Source of the DNA: an uncultured Clostridia bacterium
Lineage (GTDB): Bacteria > Bacillota > Clostridia > TANB77 > CAG-508
Assembly: GCA_948852945.1 (NCBI GenBank)
Contig: CAQPBJ010000007.1
Coordinates: 6,590-70,589, forward strand
DNA: 64,000 nucleotides
Direction: 5' to 3'
Shown piece after piece: positions 19,761 through 28,585 of this stretch. Position 1 is the stretch's first letter. Each line of letters opens with the position of its first letter. A model generated the notes under the pieces. It was given only the letters and a program-made list of their open reading frames with translations. It made no database searches and was not told the origin of the DNA. Position numbers and translations under genes: made by a program.

Positions 19761-20078
19761 TCGGAAAAATCACAAATTACTGAAAATGTTTTTTAGACTT
19801 AAAATTTTTTGATTTTATTTAGTGAAAAATAATTAAAAAAATTTTAAAAAAATAATTTAAAATAGTGTGTATAAAAAAATAAATAATTAGAAATTTTATA
19901 TTTATAAGAACAATGAATATATTTAATTTTTAAATTGATTTAAAAATTAGAGCAATAGACAATATTTAAATATTTATTTATTATTTTTTTTATACAAATT
20001 TTATAAAAAATCACAATAATGTCTGTAATACTAATTTGTATATATTTTTTTAATATTTTAATAAAATATATAATAAAT

Positions 20079-20113
20079 AAAAAAATAAAGTGAATATGTT
20101 GATTATTCACTTT
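20079..20113 (-). terminator. terminator downstream of the activase-fusion gene
   Basis: AAAGTGAATA (20087-20096) pairs with TATTCACTTT (20104-20113). The A run at 20079-20085 gives a U tract on the minus strand. Confidence 0.55.
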
Positions 20114-20142
20114 ATTTTTAAAAGTTAAAAAATATTAATTTA

Positions 20143-23100
20143 TTATTTTTTATTATTTTTTTGTTCGGTTTTTAAGTTGTCTTTTGCAACTGTCATTAAT
20201 AATTTTAATCTATTTGTTTGGTTTGATTCACTTGCTCCAGGATCATAATCTACTGGTGTTATATTAGCATTTGGATAAGTTTCTCTAATTGTTTTTATTA
20301 CACCTTTACCAACTATATGATTTGGAAGACAAGCAAATGGTTGAACGCAAACGATGTTTGGAATATTATGTTCTATATATTCTACCATTTCAGCAGTTAA
20401 GAACCAGCCTTCACCAGTTTGATTTCCTATAGATAATATATCTTTTACTTTATTTTCTAAGTGCCAGATATCACAAGGAGGAAGATAGTTTTTCTTTGAA
20501 TTTGATAGTGCAATTTTTAAATCTTTTTCGAAAATATCTATTAACTTGATGGCTACTTTAAAAATTGCAGCTTTTGTTTTATCTATTTTTAATAGTTTAT
20601 TGAATGTTATTTTATGTGTAGCTATAAATTTTATAAATCCCATAAAATCTGGTAATACTACTTCTGCGCCTTCTTTTTCTAAAACATTTGCTACAAAGTT
20701 ATTTCCAAAAGGATGATATTTTATTAATACTTCTCCAACTATACCAACTTTAGGCTTTTCAATATTATTATTTATTTCTATTTTTTCAAAATCTTCAACT
20801 ATATCGTAAATGCTTTGTTTAAATTGTTTACTATTAGATTTTTCAACTAACTTTTTACATTTTTCAAGCCATTCATTATATAGTTTTTCAGTTTCACCTT
20901 TATTTATTTCATATGCTCGATTTTTCATTAATAATTTTTGTAGTAGGTCACCATAAGTGACGCTTTTTAATAGTCTTTCTGCTAGGCCAAGTGTAATTTT
21001 GAATCCAGACATTTTTTCCATACCAACTACATTGAATGATATAACAGGTACTTGAGAAAATCCAGCATCTTTTAGAGCTTTTCTTATAAAACCTATATAA
21101 TTTGTGGCTCTACATCCACCACCTGTTTGAGACATTATTAATGCAGTTTTGTTAGGATCATACTTTCCAGATTCTAAGGCTTCTATCATTTGCCCAGTAG
21201 TTAAAATAGATGGATAACAAGCATCATTATTTACATATTTCAATCCTGTTTCAACTGTATTTGGTGTACATTCTCTTAATAATTCTACATTGTATCCACA
21301 AGATTTAACTGCTGTTTCTATTAATTCAAAGTGGATTGGAGCCATTTGAGGAATTAAAATAGTATAATCCTTTTTCATTTCTTTAGTAAATTCTATAGGA
21401 TGAAGTTCATAATCTCCTACGGATTTACATTCCTCACAGTTTTGTCTTTCTGACTTTTCCTTAATTTTTTTGTTCATACTAGCTAATAATGAACGTATAC
21501 GTATTCTAACAGCACCTAAGTTATTAACTTCATCAATTTTAATTAATGTGTACATGTTATCATAACTTTTTAATATTTCTTCTACTTGATCTGTTGTTAC
21601 TGCGTCTACACCACAGCCAAAAGAATTTAACTGTATTAGTTCTAAGTTATCGTGTTGACCTGTAAATTCTGCAGCTGCATATAGTCTTGCATGATATACC
21701 CATTGGTCTACGACTCTAATTGGTCTTTTAGCTTCAGTTTTTTTAGAAATACTGTCTTCAGAAAGTACACATAAGCCTAAGCTTGTTATTAATGTGTCGA
21801 TGCCATGATTTACTTCTGGATCTACATGATATGGTCTACCAGCAAGTACAATGCCGCGTAGGTCATTTTTATTCATATAGTCTAATATTTCTTGACCTTT
21901 TTTATCTACATCGTTTTTAAAGTTTTGGTATTCTTCTTCAGCTTTTTTAGCAGCTTCTAATAGTTCCTTTTTTGTAAAATTATATTCTTTAAATTCATCA
22001 CGCTCTAAAATGACCTGTACTAGATTTTTTGCCTCGAAAGGTAAAAATGTATTGATGAACTTAATATTTTCGGATTTTAGGCCTTCTACGTTGTTTTTAA
22101 GTACTTCTGAATATGATATTACTATTGGACAGTTATAATGATTGTTTGCTTTTTGATATTCTTTTCTTGAATATGGTATACAAGGATAGAATATTGTTTT
22201 AATGCCTTGTTCAAGTAAGTTCATTATGTGTCCATGACTTAATTTAGCTGGGTAACATACAGATTCAGATGGCATTGATTCCATTCCTTTTTCATAGGTT
22301 TTTCTAGTACTTTTTTCTGAAAGAATAACTCTAAATCCTAAGTTCGTTAGGAAAGTGAACCAGAATGGATAATCCTCATACATATTTAAAACTCTAGGAA
22401 TACCTATTGTTCCACGATATGCTTTTTCTTCTGCTAGAGGTTCATAGCCAAATAATCTTTCAAATTTATATTTGTATATATTTGGTAGATTCTTAGCCTC
22501 TGTAATTCCGCCACTTCCTTTTTCACAGCGATTTCCAGATATAAAAGATTTATTATCATTGAATTTATTTATAGTTAGAAGACAATTGTTTTCACATTTT
22601 CCACAACGTACTTGAGTTGTTTTAATATTCAAATTGTTTAATTCTTCTGTTTTAAGCAATGTTGAAGTGTATTCCATATCTAAGTTTGCTTCAAATTGTT
22701 CTTTAGAAAGTAAGGCAACTCCATAGGCACCCATTAATCCAGAGATAGATGGTCTTATTACATTTTGTCCTACTAGAAGTTCAAAGCTTCTTAAAACTGC
22801 ATCATTGTAGAAAGTTCCACCTTGTACAACTATATGTTTTCCAAGTGTTTTCATATCGCGGACTTTCATAACTTTTTGAATAGCATTTTTTACTACGGAG
22901 AAGGAAAGTCCAGCTGAAATATCTCCAACACTATAACCTTCTTTTTGAGCTTGTTTAATTTTAGAATTCATAAAAACTGTACATCTTGAACCTAAGTCTA
23001 CAGGCGCTTTTGATTCAATTGCTGCTTTAACGAATTCTTCTATAGATAGGCCTAAACTTTTTGCGAAAGTTTCAATAAAAGAACCACATCCAGAAGAGCA

Positions 23101-24432
23101 GGCTTCATTTAGCATAATGTTATCTATAACATCCTCTTTCATTTTTATGTATTTCATGTCTTGACCACCAATATCAATGATACTAGTGACATTTGGCATA
23201 AATTCTTTTGCAGCAGTGTAGTGAGCGATTGTTTCTATTTCATTTAAATCAACATTTAGAGCTGTTTGAATTAACTTTTCGCCATAGCCTGTTACACCTG
23301 CAAATCTTATGTTAGCTGTATTAGGTAGTTTTTCATACATTATTTTTAGCATATTTATTACGCTATTTAATGGATTACCTTCGTTGCTTTTATAGTCTGA
23401 ATAAAGTAAATTTTTTTCATTATCTATTAATACTAGTTTGGTTGTTGTTGAACCTGCGTCTATTCCAACGAAACAGTCTCCGTTATAATTTTCTAATGGT
23501 TTTGTTTTAATTTTTGCTTTATTATGTCTTTTTTTAAATTTTTCATATTCTTCTTCTGTAGCAAAAAGTGGGCTTAATGGTTTAGTAGTGGTATCTTTTG
23601 CTACTTTTAGATCTTTAATTTTTTGTTTTAATTCTGAATTTGAAAATTCAGATGAATTTAAAGAATCTAGTGCTGCTCCTTTTGCTACTAAAAGGTGTGC
23701 ATTTTCTGGAATAAGTATTTCATCGTCTTTTAATTCTAACGTTTCTATAAAACGTTTTCTAAGTTCTGGAAGATAACTTAGTGGTCCGCCAAGAAAAGCT
23801 ACTTTTCCTCTGATTGGTCTACCACATGCTAATCCGCTTATTGTTTGATTAACAACTGCTTGAAAAATTGATGCTGCTATATCTTCTTTTCTAGAACCTT
23901 CATTTAATAGAGGTTGTACGTCAGTTTTTGCAAAAACACCACATCTTGATGCAATAGGGTAGATTACTTTATAACTTTTGGCAAGTTCGTTAAGTCCAGC
24001 TGTATCTGTATTTAAAAGAGATGCCATTTGGTCCAAAAATGCACCAGTTCCACCAGCACAAGTTCCATTCATTCTTTGTTCTATAAATTTATCAAAATAT
24101 ATAATTTTAGCGTCTTCACCGCCTAATTCGATAACTATATCAGTTTTAGGTAAATATTTTTCGACAGCACGTTTGCAAGATATAACTTCTTGAATAAAAG
24201 GTATTTTTAAAAAATTTGCTGCAGACATAGCCCCTGAACCAGTAAGTGCCATAGTATATGTAGCTTTAGGGTAATCTTTAGATAATTGCTCTAAAACATT
24301 ACATATTGTATTTTTGGTATCTGAAAAATGTCTTGTGTAATTTGTATATATTGTTTCTTGTTTATCGTTCATTACAACAATTTTTACTGTTGTTGATCCT
24401 ACATCTAATCCTACATGTAATAATTCTGACAT
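20143..24432 (-). CDS. acyl-CoA dehydratase activase-related giant fusion (two BadF/BcrA/HgdC-type ATPase modules plus DUF2229-type C-terminal domains)
   Basis: 1429 aa. Two acetate/sugar-kinase-like starts, GLDVGSTTVKIV and GIDAGSTTTKLV, each with an IGGQD-type motif. Cys-rich linker and a long dehydratase-component-like C-terminus. Confidence 0.8.
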   Translation of the reverse strand: MSELLHVGLDVGSTTVKIVVMNDKQETIYTNYTRHFSDTKNTICNVLEQLSKDYPKATYTMALTGSGAMSAANFLKIPFIQEVISCKRAVEKYLPKTDIVIELGGEDAKIIYFDKFIEQRMNGTCAGGTGAFLDQMASLLNTDTAGLNELAKSYKVIYPIASRCGVFAKTDVQPLLNEGSRKEDIAASIFQAVVNQTISGLACGRPIRGKVAFLGGPLSYLPELRKRFIETLELKDDEILIPENAHLLVAKGAALDSLNSSEFSNSELKQKIKDLKVAKDTTTKPLSPLFATEEEYEKFKKRHNKAKIKTKPLENYNGDCFVGIDAGSTTTKLVLIDNEKNLLYSDYKSNEGNPLNSVINMLKIMYEKLPNTANIRFAGVTGYGEKLIQTALNVDLNEIETIAHYTAAKEFMPNVTSIIDIGGQDMKYIKMKEDVIDNIMLNEACSSGCGSFIETFAKSLGLSIEEFVKAAIESKAPVDLGSRCTVFMNSKIKQAQKEGYSVGDISAGLSFSVVKNAIQKVMKVRDMKTLGKHIVVQGGTFYNDAVLRSFELLVGQNVIRPSISGLMGAYGVALLSKEQFEANLDMEYTSTLLKTEELNNLNIKTTQVRCGKCENNCLLTINKFNDNKSFISGNRCEKGSGGITEAKNLPNIYKYKFERLFGYEPLAEEKAYRGTIGIPRVLNMYEDYPFWFTFLTNLGFRVILSEKSTRKTYEKGMESMPSESVCYPAKLSHGHIMNLLEQGIKTIFYPCIPYSRKEYQKANNHYNCPIVISYSEVLKNNVEGLKSENIKFINTFLPFEAKNLVQVILERDEFKEYNFTKKELLEAAKKAEEEYQNFKNDVDKKGQEILDYMNKNDLRGIVLAGRPYHVDPEVNHGIDTLITSLGLCVLSEDSISKKTEAKRPIRVVDQWVYHARLYAAAEFTGQHDNLELIQLNSFGCGVDAVTTDQVEEILKSYDNMYTLIKIDEVNNLGAVRIRIRSLLASMNKKIKEKSERQNCEECKSVGDYELHPIEFTKEMKKDYTILIPQMAPIHFELIETAVKSCGYNVELLRECTPNTVETGLKYVNNDACYPSILTTGQMIEALESGKYDPNKTALIMSQTGGGCRATNYIGFIRKALKDAGFSQVPVISFNVVGMEKMSGFKITLGLAERLLKSVTYGDLLQKLLMKNRAYEINKGETEKLYNEWLEKCKKLVEKSNSKQFKQSIYDIVEDFEKIEINNNIEKPKVGIVGEVLIKYHPFGNNFVANVLEKEGAEVVLPDFMGFIKFIATHKITFNKLLKIDKTKAAIFKVAIKLIDIFEKDLKIALSNSKKNYLPPCDIWHLENKVKDILSIGNQTGEGWFLTAEMVEYIEHNIPNIVCVQPFACLPNHIVGKGVIKTIRETYPNANITPVDYDPGASESNQTNRLKLLMTVAKDNLKTEQKNNKK

Positions 24433-24582
24433 TATTTTTCTCCTTGCTTATAATAAATCACGATTATCTTATAATGAAAAAGTTCATTTGTCAATGTATA
24501 AAAATGGCTAAAATGCCGTTTTAGATAGATATAAGGCATATTTTTTTTATTAACAAATAAAATGATTTTAAGATGAACATTT

Positions 24583-25170
24583 ATGAATATATTGAAATGT
24601 TTTAATAAGAAAGGAGTTATTATGAAAAAGAAGAAAATTGTTTATATTGTTATTTTAATTTTATTTATAATTTTAGTGGGGATAGCAATATTTAATAATG
24701 TTGAAATTAAAGATAATCAGGAGAATAATATTGTATTAGAATATACTCCAGAAGAAGAAATTAGCGATAAACAAAATAGAAATACAATAGTTACATTATA
24801 TTTTGTAAATAATAAAACTGGTGAAATGGTACCAGAAGCAAGAAGCTTGGACGCTAAAGAATTACTTGAAGATCCTTATAAAAAAGTTATTAATTTTTTA
24901 ATAGAGGGATCTGAAGATGAATCTTTAGAAAACACTATTCCTGAGGGAACTATATTGAATAATGTTTCATTAAAGGGTGAAGAAATAATAGTTGATTTTA
25001 ATGAAACATTTATTAATGATGATGATGTAAAGTCTGAAATTTTCGTAAATAGAGTATATTCTGTAGTAGATACGTTACTAGAATTTAAAGATATTTCTAG
25101 TGTTAAGATTCTTATTAATGGTGAAGAAGTAGATGGACTAAAAGAAAGCTTTGTTAAAAGAGAAAATTAG
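24583..25170 (+). CDS. GerMN-domain (GerM-like) membrane-anchored or lipoprotein
   Basis: N-terminal TM or signal sequence. TLYFVN..GEMVPE..DPYKKVINFLIEG..IPEGT..L..V.L.GE..IVDFN is GerMN-like. The likely true start is ATG 24622, behind AAAGGAG. Confidence 0.6.
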   Translation: MNILKCFNKKGVIMKKKKIVYIVILILFIILVGIAIFNNVEIKDNQENNIVLEYTPEEEISDKQNRNTIVTLYFVNNKTGEMVPEARSLDAKELLEDPYKKVINFLIEGSEDESLENTIPEGTILNNVSLKGEEIIVDFNETFINDDDVKSEIFVNRVYSVVDTLLEFKDISSVKILINGEEVDGLKESFVKREN

Positions 25171-25325
25171 TGTATATTTGTAGTTTTTTTATTATTATGA
25201 CGTTTTAGTAATTTAAATACTGCTATAGCATCTGAAAATGAGTTATAGTTATCTAAAAAATGTTCTACTTCATATAATGATGAAATTGTATTTTTTATAA
25301 AAGAATTATTTTGTTTTTTATTCAT
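25167..25325 (-). CDS. possible 52-aa small protein
   Basis: Below the ORF-track cutoff. ATG (rc of 25323-25325) is preceded by AAGGTG. Product MNKKQNNSFIKNTISSLYEVEHFLDNYNSFSDAIAVFKLLKRHNNKKTTNIH*. Fills an otherwise empty 170-bp gap. Confidence 0.3.
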   Translation of the reverse strand: MNKKQNNSFIKNTISSLYEVEHFLDNYNSFSDAIAVFKLLKRHNNKKTTNIH

Positions 25326-25338
25326 ATTATCACCTTTT

Positions 25339-26157
25339 TTGCATATTTTGCCTTTTTGTTATATAATATGCTATATTTTGGATAGTGTGAAAGGTTTTGG
25401 TATGATGAAGCATATTGAACTTGGAGAGAATGAAAGAATAGATGATTTAGAATATAAAGAATTGAAAATAATTCAAAAAAATGATGGATTTTGTTTTGGT
25501 ATGGATAGTGTGCTAATTGCAAATTTTGCAGAGGTGACTAAAAAAGATTCGATTGTTGCAGATTTGGGGACAGGAACAGGGATTATTAGCATTTTAATGG
25601 CTGCTAAAAGTAGTAAAATAAGCAAAATTTATGGATTTGATATACAGTCAGAAATGATAGAAATGGCTAGTCGAAGTGTCAAAATGAATGAACTAGATGA
25701 CAAAATTAACTTAGAAAATATTGATATAGTTGGAATGAGCGAAAAAAAATATAAAAAATTTTTTGATGTGGTAGTTACTAATCCACCATATAAGAAAATA
25801 TCGACAGGTTTAATTAACGAAAATGAAAAAAAGCTTATTTCGAGACATGAAATTAAATGTACACTGGAAGATGTAATTTCTGAGAGTTCTAAGATTTTGA
25901 AGGATAATGGATTATTTTATATGGTTCATCGACCAGAAAGATTAGTTGATATCATGAATCTAATGAGAAAAAATAAAATAGAACCTAAAACATTACAAAT
26001 AGTGTATTCTCATATAGAAGATAAAGCAAACTTAATTTTAATTAAAGGTGTAAAATGTGGAAAACCTAGTTTACAATTATTAAAACCTTTAATTGTATAT
26101 GATAAAACTAATAATTATACAGATGAAATCTTAAAAATATATGATAAGAAAAGGTAG
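25339..26157 (+). CDS. SAM-dependent N6-adenine methyltransferase, YabB/TrmN6-like
   Basis: SAM motif ADLGTGTGIISI and catalytic VVTNPPY. Synteny yabB-rsmI-abrB as in Bacillus. The likely true start is ATG 25402. Confidence 0.75.
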   Translation: MHILPFCYIICYILDSVKGFGMMKHIELGENERIDDLEYKELKIIQKNDGFCFGMDSVLIANFAEVTKKDSIVADLGTGTGIISILMAAKSSKISKIYGFDIQSEMIEMASRSVKMNELDDKINLENIDIVGMSEKKYKKFFDVVVTNPPYKKISTGLINENEKKLISRHEIKCTLEDVISESSKILKDNGLFYMVHRPERLVDIMNLMRKNKIEPKTLQIVYSHIEDKANLILIKGVKCGKPSLQLLKPLIVYDKTNNYTDEILKIYDKKR

Positions 26158-26166
26158 ATAGAGAAA

Positions 26167-26997
26167 ATGGAAGGAAAATTATATATAGTAGCAACTCCAA
26201 TAGGAAATTTAGATGATATTACATATAGAGCCGTTAAAGTTTTAAATGATGTTGATATTATAGCTGCTGAAGATACACGACATACTTTGAAATTATTGAA
26301 TCATTTGAATATTTCAAAGCCTTTAATAAGTTATTATAAAGAAACTGAAAAGATAAAGGCCAAATCTATTATTAATAAAATAAAAGAGGGAAAAAATATT
26401 GCAGTAGTATCAGATGCTGGAACACCAGGAATTTCTGATCCAGGAGAAGAAGTTATTAAAGAAGCAATAAATGAAGGGATTTCTATTGTGCCTATTCCAG
26501 GTGCTTGTGCGGCTATTAATTCTTTAATTTGTTCAGGATTATGTACAAAACAATTTTTATTTGTAGGTTTTTTGTCAGCTAAAAAGAAAGAAAAAAGAGA
26601 AAAACTTGAAGGCTTGAAAAATTTTACGAATACAATGATTTTTTATGAAGCTCCACACAAAATAGAAGATACTTTAACTTGTATGCTTGAGATATTTGGA
26701 GATAGAAGGATTTCAATAGGTAGGGAAATTTCTAAAATGCATGAAGAATTTATTAGGGGAAGAATTTCTGAAATTCTTGACAAGTTAGAAACTAGAGGAG
26801 AAATGGTTATAGTTGTTGAAGGAGCAAATAAATCTGATGAAGAGTTGGAGAAAGAAAATAGAAATGAAATGTCTTTAGAAGAGCATTATGATTTTTATTT
26901 AAAGAAAGGTTTTGATAAAAAAGAAATTATTAAAAAGATTGCAAAAGATAGAGGACTTACTAAAAATGATATATATCAAAAATTTATAAATAAATAA
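26167..26997 (+). CDS. rsmI: 16S rRNA (cytidine1402-2'-O)-methyltransferase RsmI
   Basis: 276 aa. LYIVATPIGNLDDIT..AEDTRHT..SDAGTPGISDPG tetrapyrrole-methylase-fold motifs. Confidence 0.9.
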   Translation: MEGKLYIVATPIGNLDDITYRAVKVLNDVDIIAAEDTRHTLKLLNHLNISKPLISYYKETEKIKAKSIINKIKEGKNIAVVSDAGTPGISDPGEEVIKEAINEGISIVPIPGACAAINSLICSGLCTKQFLFVGFLSAKKKEKREKLEGLKNFTNTMIFYEAPHKIEDTLTCMLEIFGDRRISIGREISKMHEEFIRGRISEILDKLETRGEMVIVVEGANKSDEELEKENRNEMSLEEHYDFYLKKGFDKKEIIKKIAKDRGLTKNDIYQKFINK

Positions 26998-27001
26998 AAA
27001 A

Positions 27002-27053
27002 GTGCTAGTCATAAAACATTATTAATGCAATATGACTAGCACATTATTTTTTT
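27002..27053. terminator. bidirectional terminator between rsmI and abrB
   Basis: GTGCTAGTCATA (27002-27013) pairs with TATGACTAGCAC (27031-42). T run after it, A run before it. Confidence 0.7.
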
Positions 27054-27060
27054 TGTGTAA

Positions 27061-27315
27061 TTATTCTGCTAAAGATTTATTGATTTCTTTTAAACAGTGA
27101 GTGCATATTAATTTACCATTGTATCTAATAGCTGGTTTTAAGGCTCCGCAGAAAACGCATTTGTTTTGATATTTTCTAAGTACAATAGTTTGACCTTCTA
27201 TAGATATTTCTATAGGATCTTTTTGGTCTATGTTAAGTTCTTTACGCATTTCTTTAGGTATAACAACTCTACCTAATTCATCTACACGTCTTATTATTCC
27301 AGTTGATAGTTTCAT
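27061..27315 (-). CDS. abrB: AbrB-family transition-state regulator with C-terminal Cys4 motif
   Basis: N-terminal SpoVT-AbrB swapped-hairpin motif TGIIRRVDELGRVVIPKEMRK. C-terminal CVFCG-N14-CTHC. Confidence 0.85.
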   Translation of the reverse strand: MKLSTGIIRRVDELGRVVIPKEMRKELNIDQKDPIEISIEGQTIVLRKYQNKCVFCGALKPAIRYNGKLICTHCLKEINKSLAE

Positions 27316-27442
27316 AAAATTACCCCCAATATTCTAATATTCCAAAAGAATTTTTGATTATAATAGCACAAATTATTAAAAAAAACAACTACTTTTCGAA
27401 TAAAAACTGTAAAAACTGAATAATTATTTTAAAGAGGTTATT

Positions 27443-28024
27443 ATGATTAATAAGATTTGGGCTTATATGTTAATTATTGCAATTTTATTTGGATTAGTCA
27501 ATGGAAAATTATATGCTATTAATAATTCTATTTTTACAAGTTTAGAAAATACTACTGAAATGATACTTTCTATGACAAGTATAATGTGCTTTTGGTGCGG
27601 AATGATAGAGATATTAAAGAATACTAAAATTTTAAATATTTTTTCTAAAATTTTAAATCCATTCCTTAAAATTTTTTTTAAAAATACTAGTAAAAAAGCA
27701 AAAGATGCAATATTAATAAATATTTTTTCTAATTTATTAGGTATAGGAAATGCAGCAACACCTTCTGGAATTAAAGCAATGAAAGAAATGGAAGAAGAGT
27801 GTAGTAATGAAAAGATGAGTTATGAGATGAATTTATTTGTTTTGATGAATACATTGTCTATTCAAATGTTTCCAACAACTATTATTAGTATAATGATTTC
27901 TTCTGGAAATATGAATGCAGGAACTATAATATTGCCTGTTATTCTTACAAGTTTTATAACTTTTTTCATAATTATGTTTTTAGGAAAATATATTTTGAAA
28001 GAAGATGAGGAGAAAATTTCTTGA
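27443..28024 (+). CDS. spmA: spore maturation protein A (nucleoside-recognition-domain membrane protein)
   Basis: 193 aa polytopic membrane protein. Paired and overlapping with the spmB-like gene. Confidence 0.7.
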   Translation: MINKIWAYMLIIAILFGLVNGKLYAINNSIFTSLENTTEMILSMTSIMCFWCGMIEILKNTKILNIFSKILNPFLKIFFKNTSKKAKDAILINIFSNLLGIGNAATPSGIKAMKEMEEECSNEKMSYEMNLFVLMNTLSIQMFPTTIISIMISSGNMNAGTIILPVILTSFITFFIIMFLGKYILKEDEEKIS

Positions 28025-28530
28025 GTAATGCAGTGATTCCATTTTTGATATTAGTAATTGTTTTGTCAGGTTTATTTAGTAGACTGAAAGTTTTTGAACT
28101 CTTTACTAAAGGCGTAAAAGAAGGATTGGTTACAGTTTTTAATTTATTTCCGGTATTATTAGGGCTTTTTTTAGCTGTGACTTTGCTCAGAGCATCTGGA
28201 CTGATTGGTTGTATTTCTTATTTAGTTGAACCTTTTTTATCTTTTCTTAACATTCCAAAAGAATTAGTTGGAATTATTGCTTTAAAGCCTATATCAGGTA
28301 GTGCTAGTTTGGCTATTGCTACAGATATTATAAATGAATATGACGCAAAGTCTCTTATTAGCTTTATTGCAGCGATAATTATGGGGTCTACGGAGACAAT
28401 GGTTTATTCAATATCTGTGTATAGTGGAAATATAAAAAAGAAAATGTCTTATAAAGTGTTGATATTGGCATTTTTGGGAAATATTATAGCTGTTTACTTG
28501 AGTGCGTTTTTTGGAAGATTGTTTTTTTAG
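28021..28530 (+). CDS. spmB: spore maturation protein B
   Basis: 169 aa membrane protein. 4-bp overlap with spmA. TTG start. Confidence 0.7.
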   Translation: MSNAVIPFLILVIVLSGLFSRLKVFELFTKGVKEGLVTVFNLFPVLLGLFLAVTLLRASGLIGCISYLVEPFLSFLNIPKELVGIIALKPISGSASLAIATDIINEYDAKSLISFIAAIIMGSTETMVYSISVYSGNIKKKMSYKVLILAFLGNIIAVYLSAFFGRLFF

Positions 28531-28585
28531 AAAAATAACAAATATAATATTTTGGAATTGAAAACAAAACACATAGTAAATTTTA

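Larger units (their letters stand above)
8991..20078. repeat. 11.1-kb ORF-free, ultra-AT block built from diverged three-box modules and near-pure A/T spacers
   Basis: Only one ORF of 60 aa or more in six frames (19551-19748, low complexity). No GC-richer rRNA-like stretch. At least 12 modules with conserved box order and spacing (listed below). Confidence 0.85.

Noticed and set aside
8991-20078. An alternative genetic code or a recoded stop codon as the explanation for the missing ORFs
   Set aside because: Flanking genes on both sides read cleanly in the standard bacterial code. The block is saturated with TAA in all six frames, as well as TAG and TGA. No single reassignment would open long frames.
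8991-20078. An rRNA operon or further tRNA genes, as expected after origin-proximal tRNA-Ser genes
   Set aside because: There is no stretch with the GC content or the conserved 16S/23S/5S words (for example, none of the GC-rich helices). The GC-richer islands are only 20-40 nt long and correspond to the module boxes.
24306-24524. A 72-aa + ORF, and the 25322-25522 minus ORF, in promoter regions
   Set aside because: They overlap the 5' ends and promoter regions of real genes, have odd composition and lack an RBS. The 25322-25522 ORF is antisense to the methyltransferase start.
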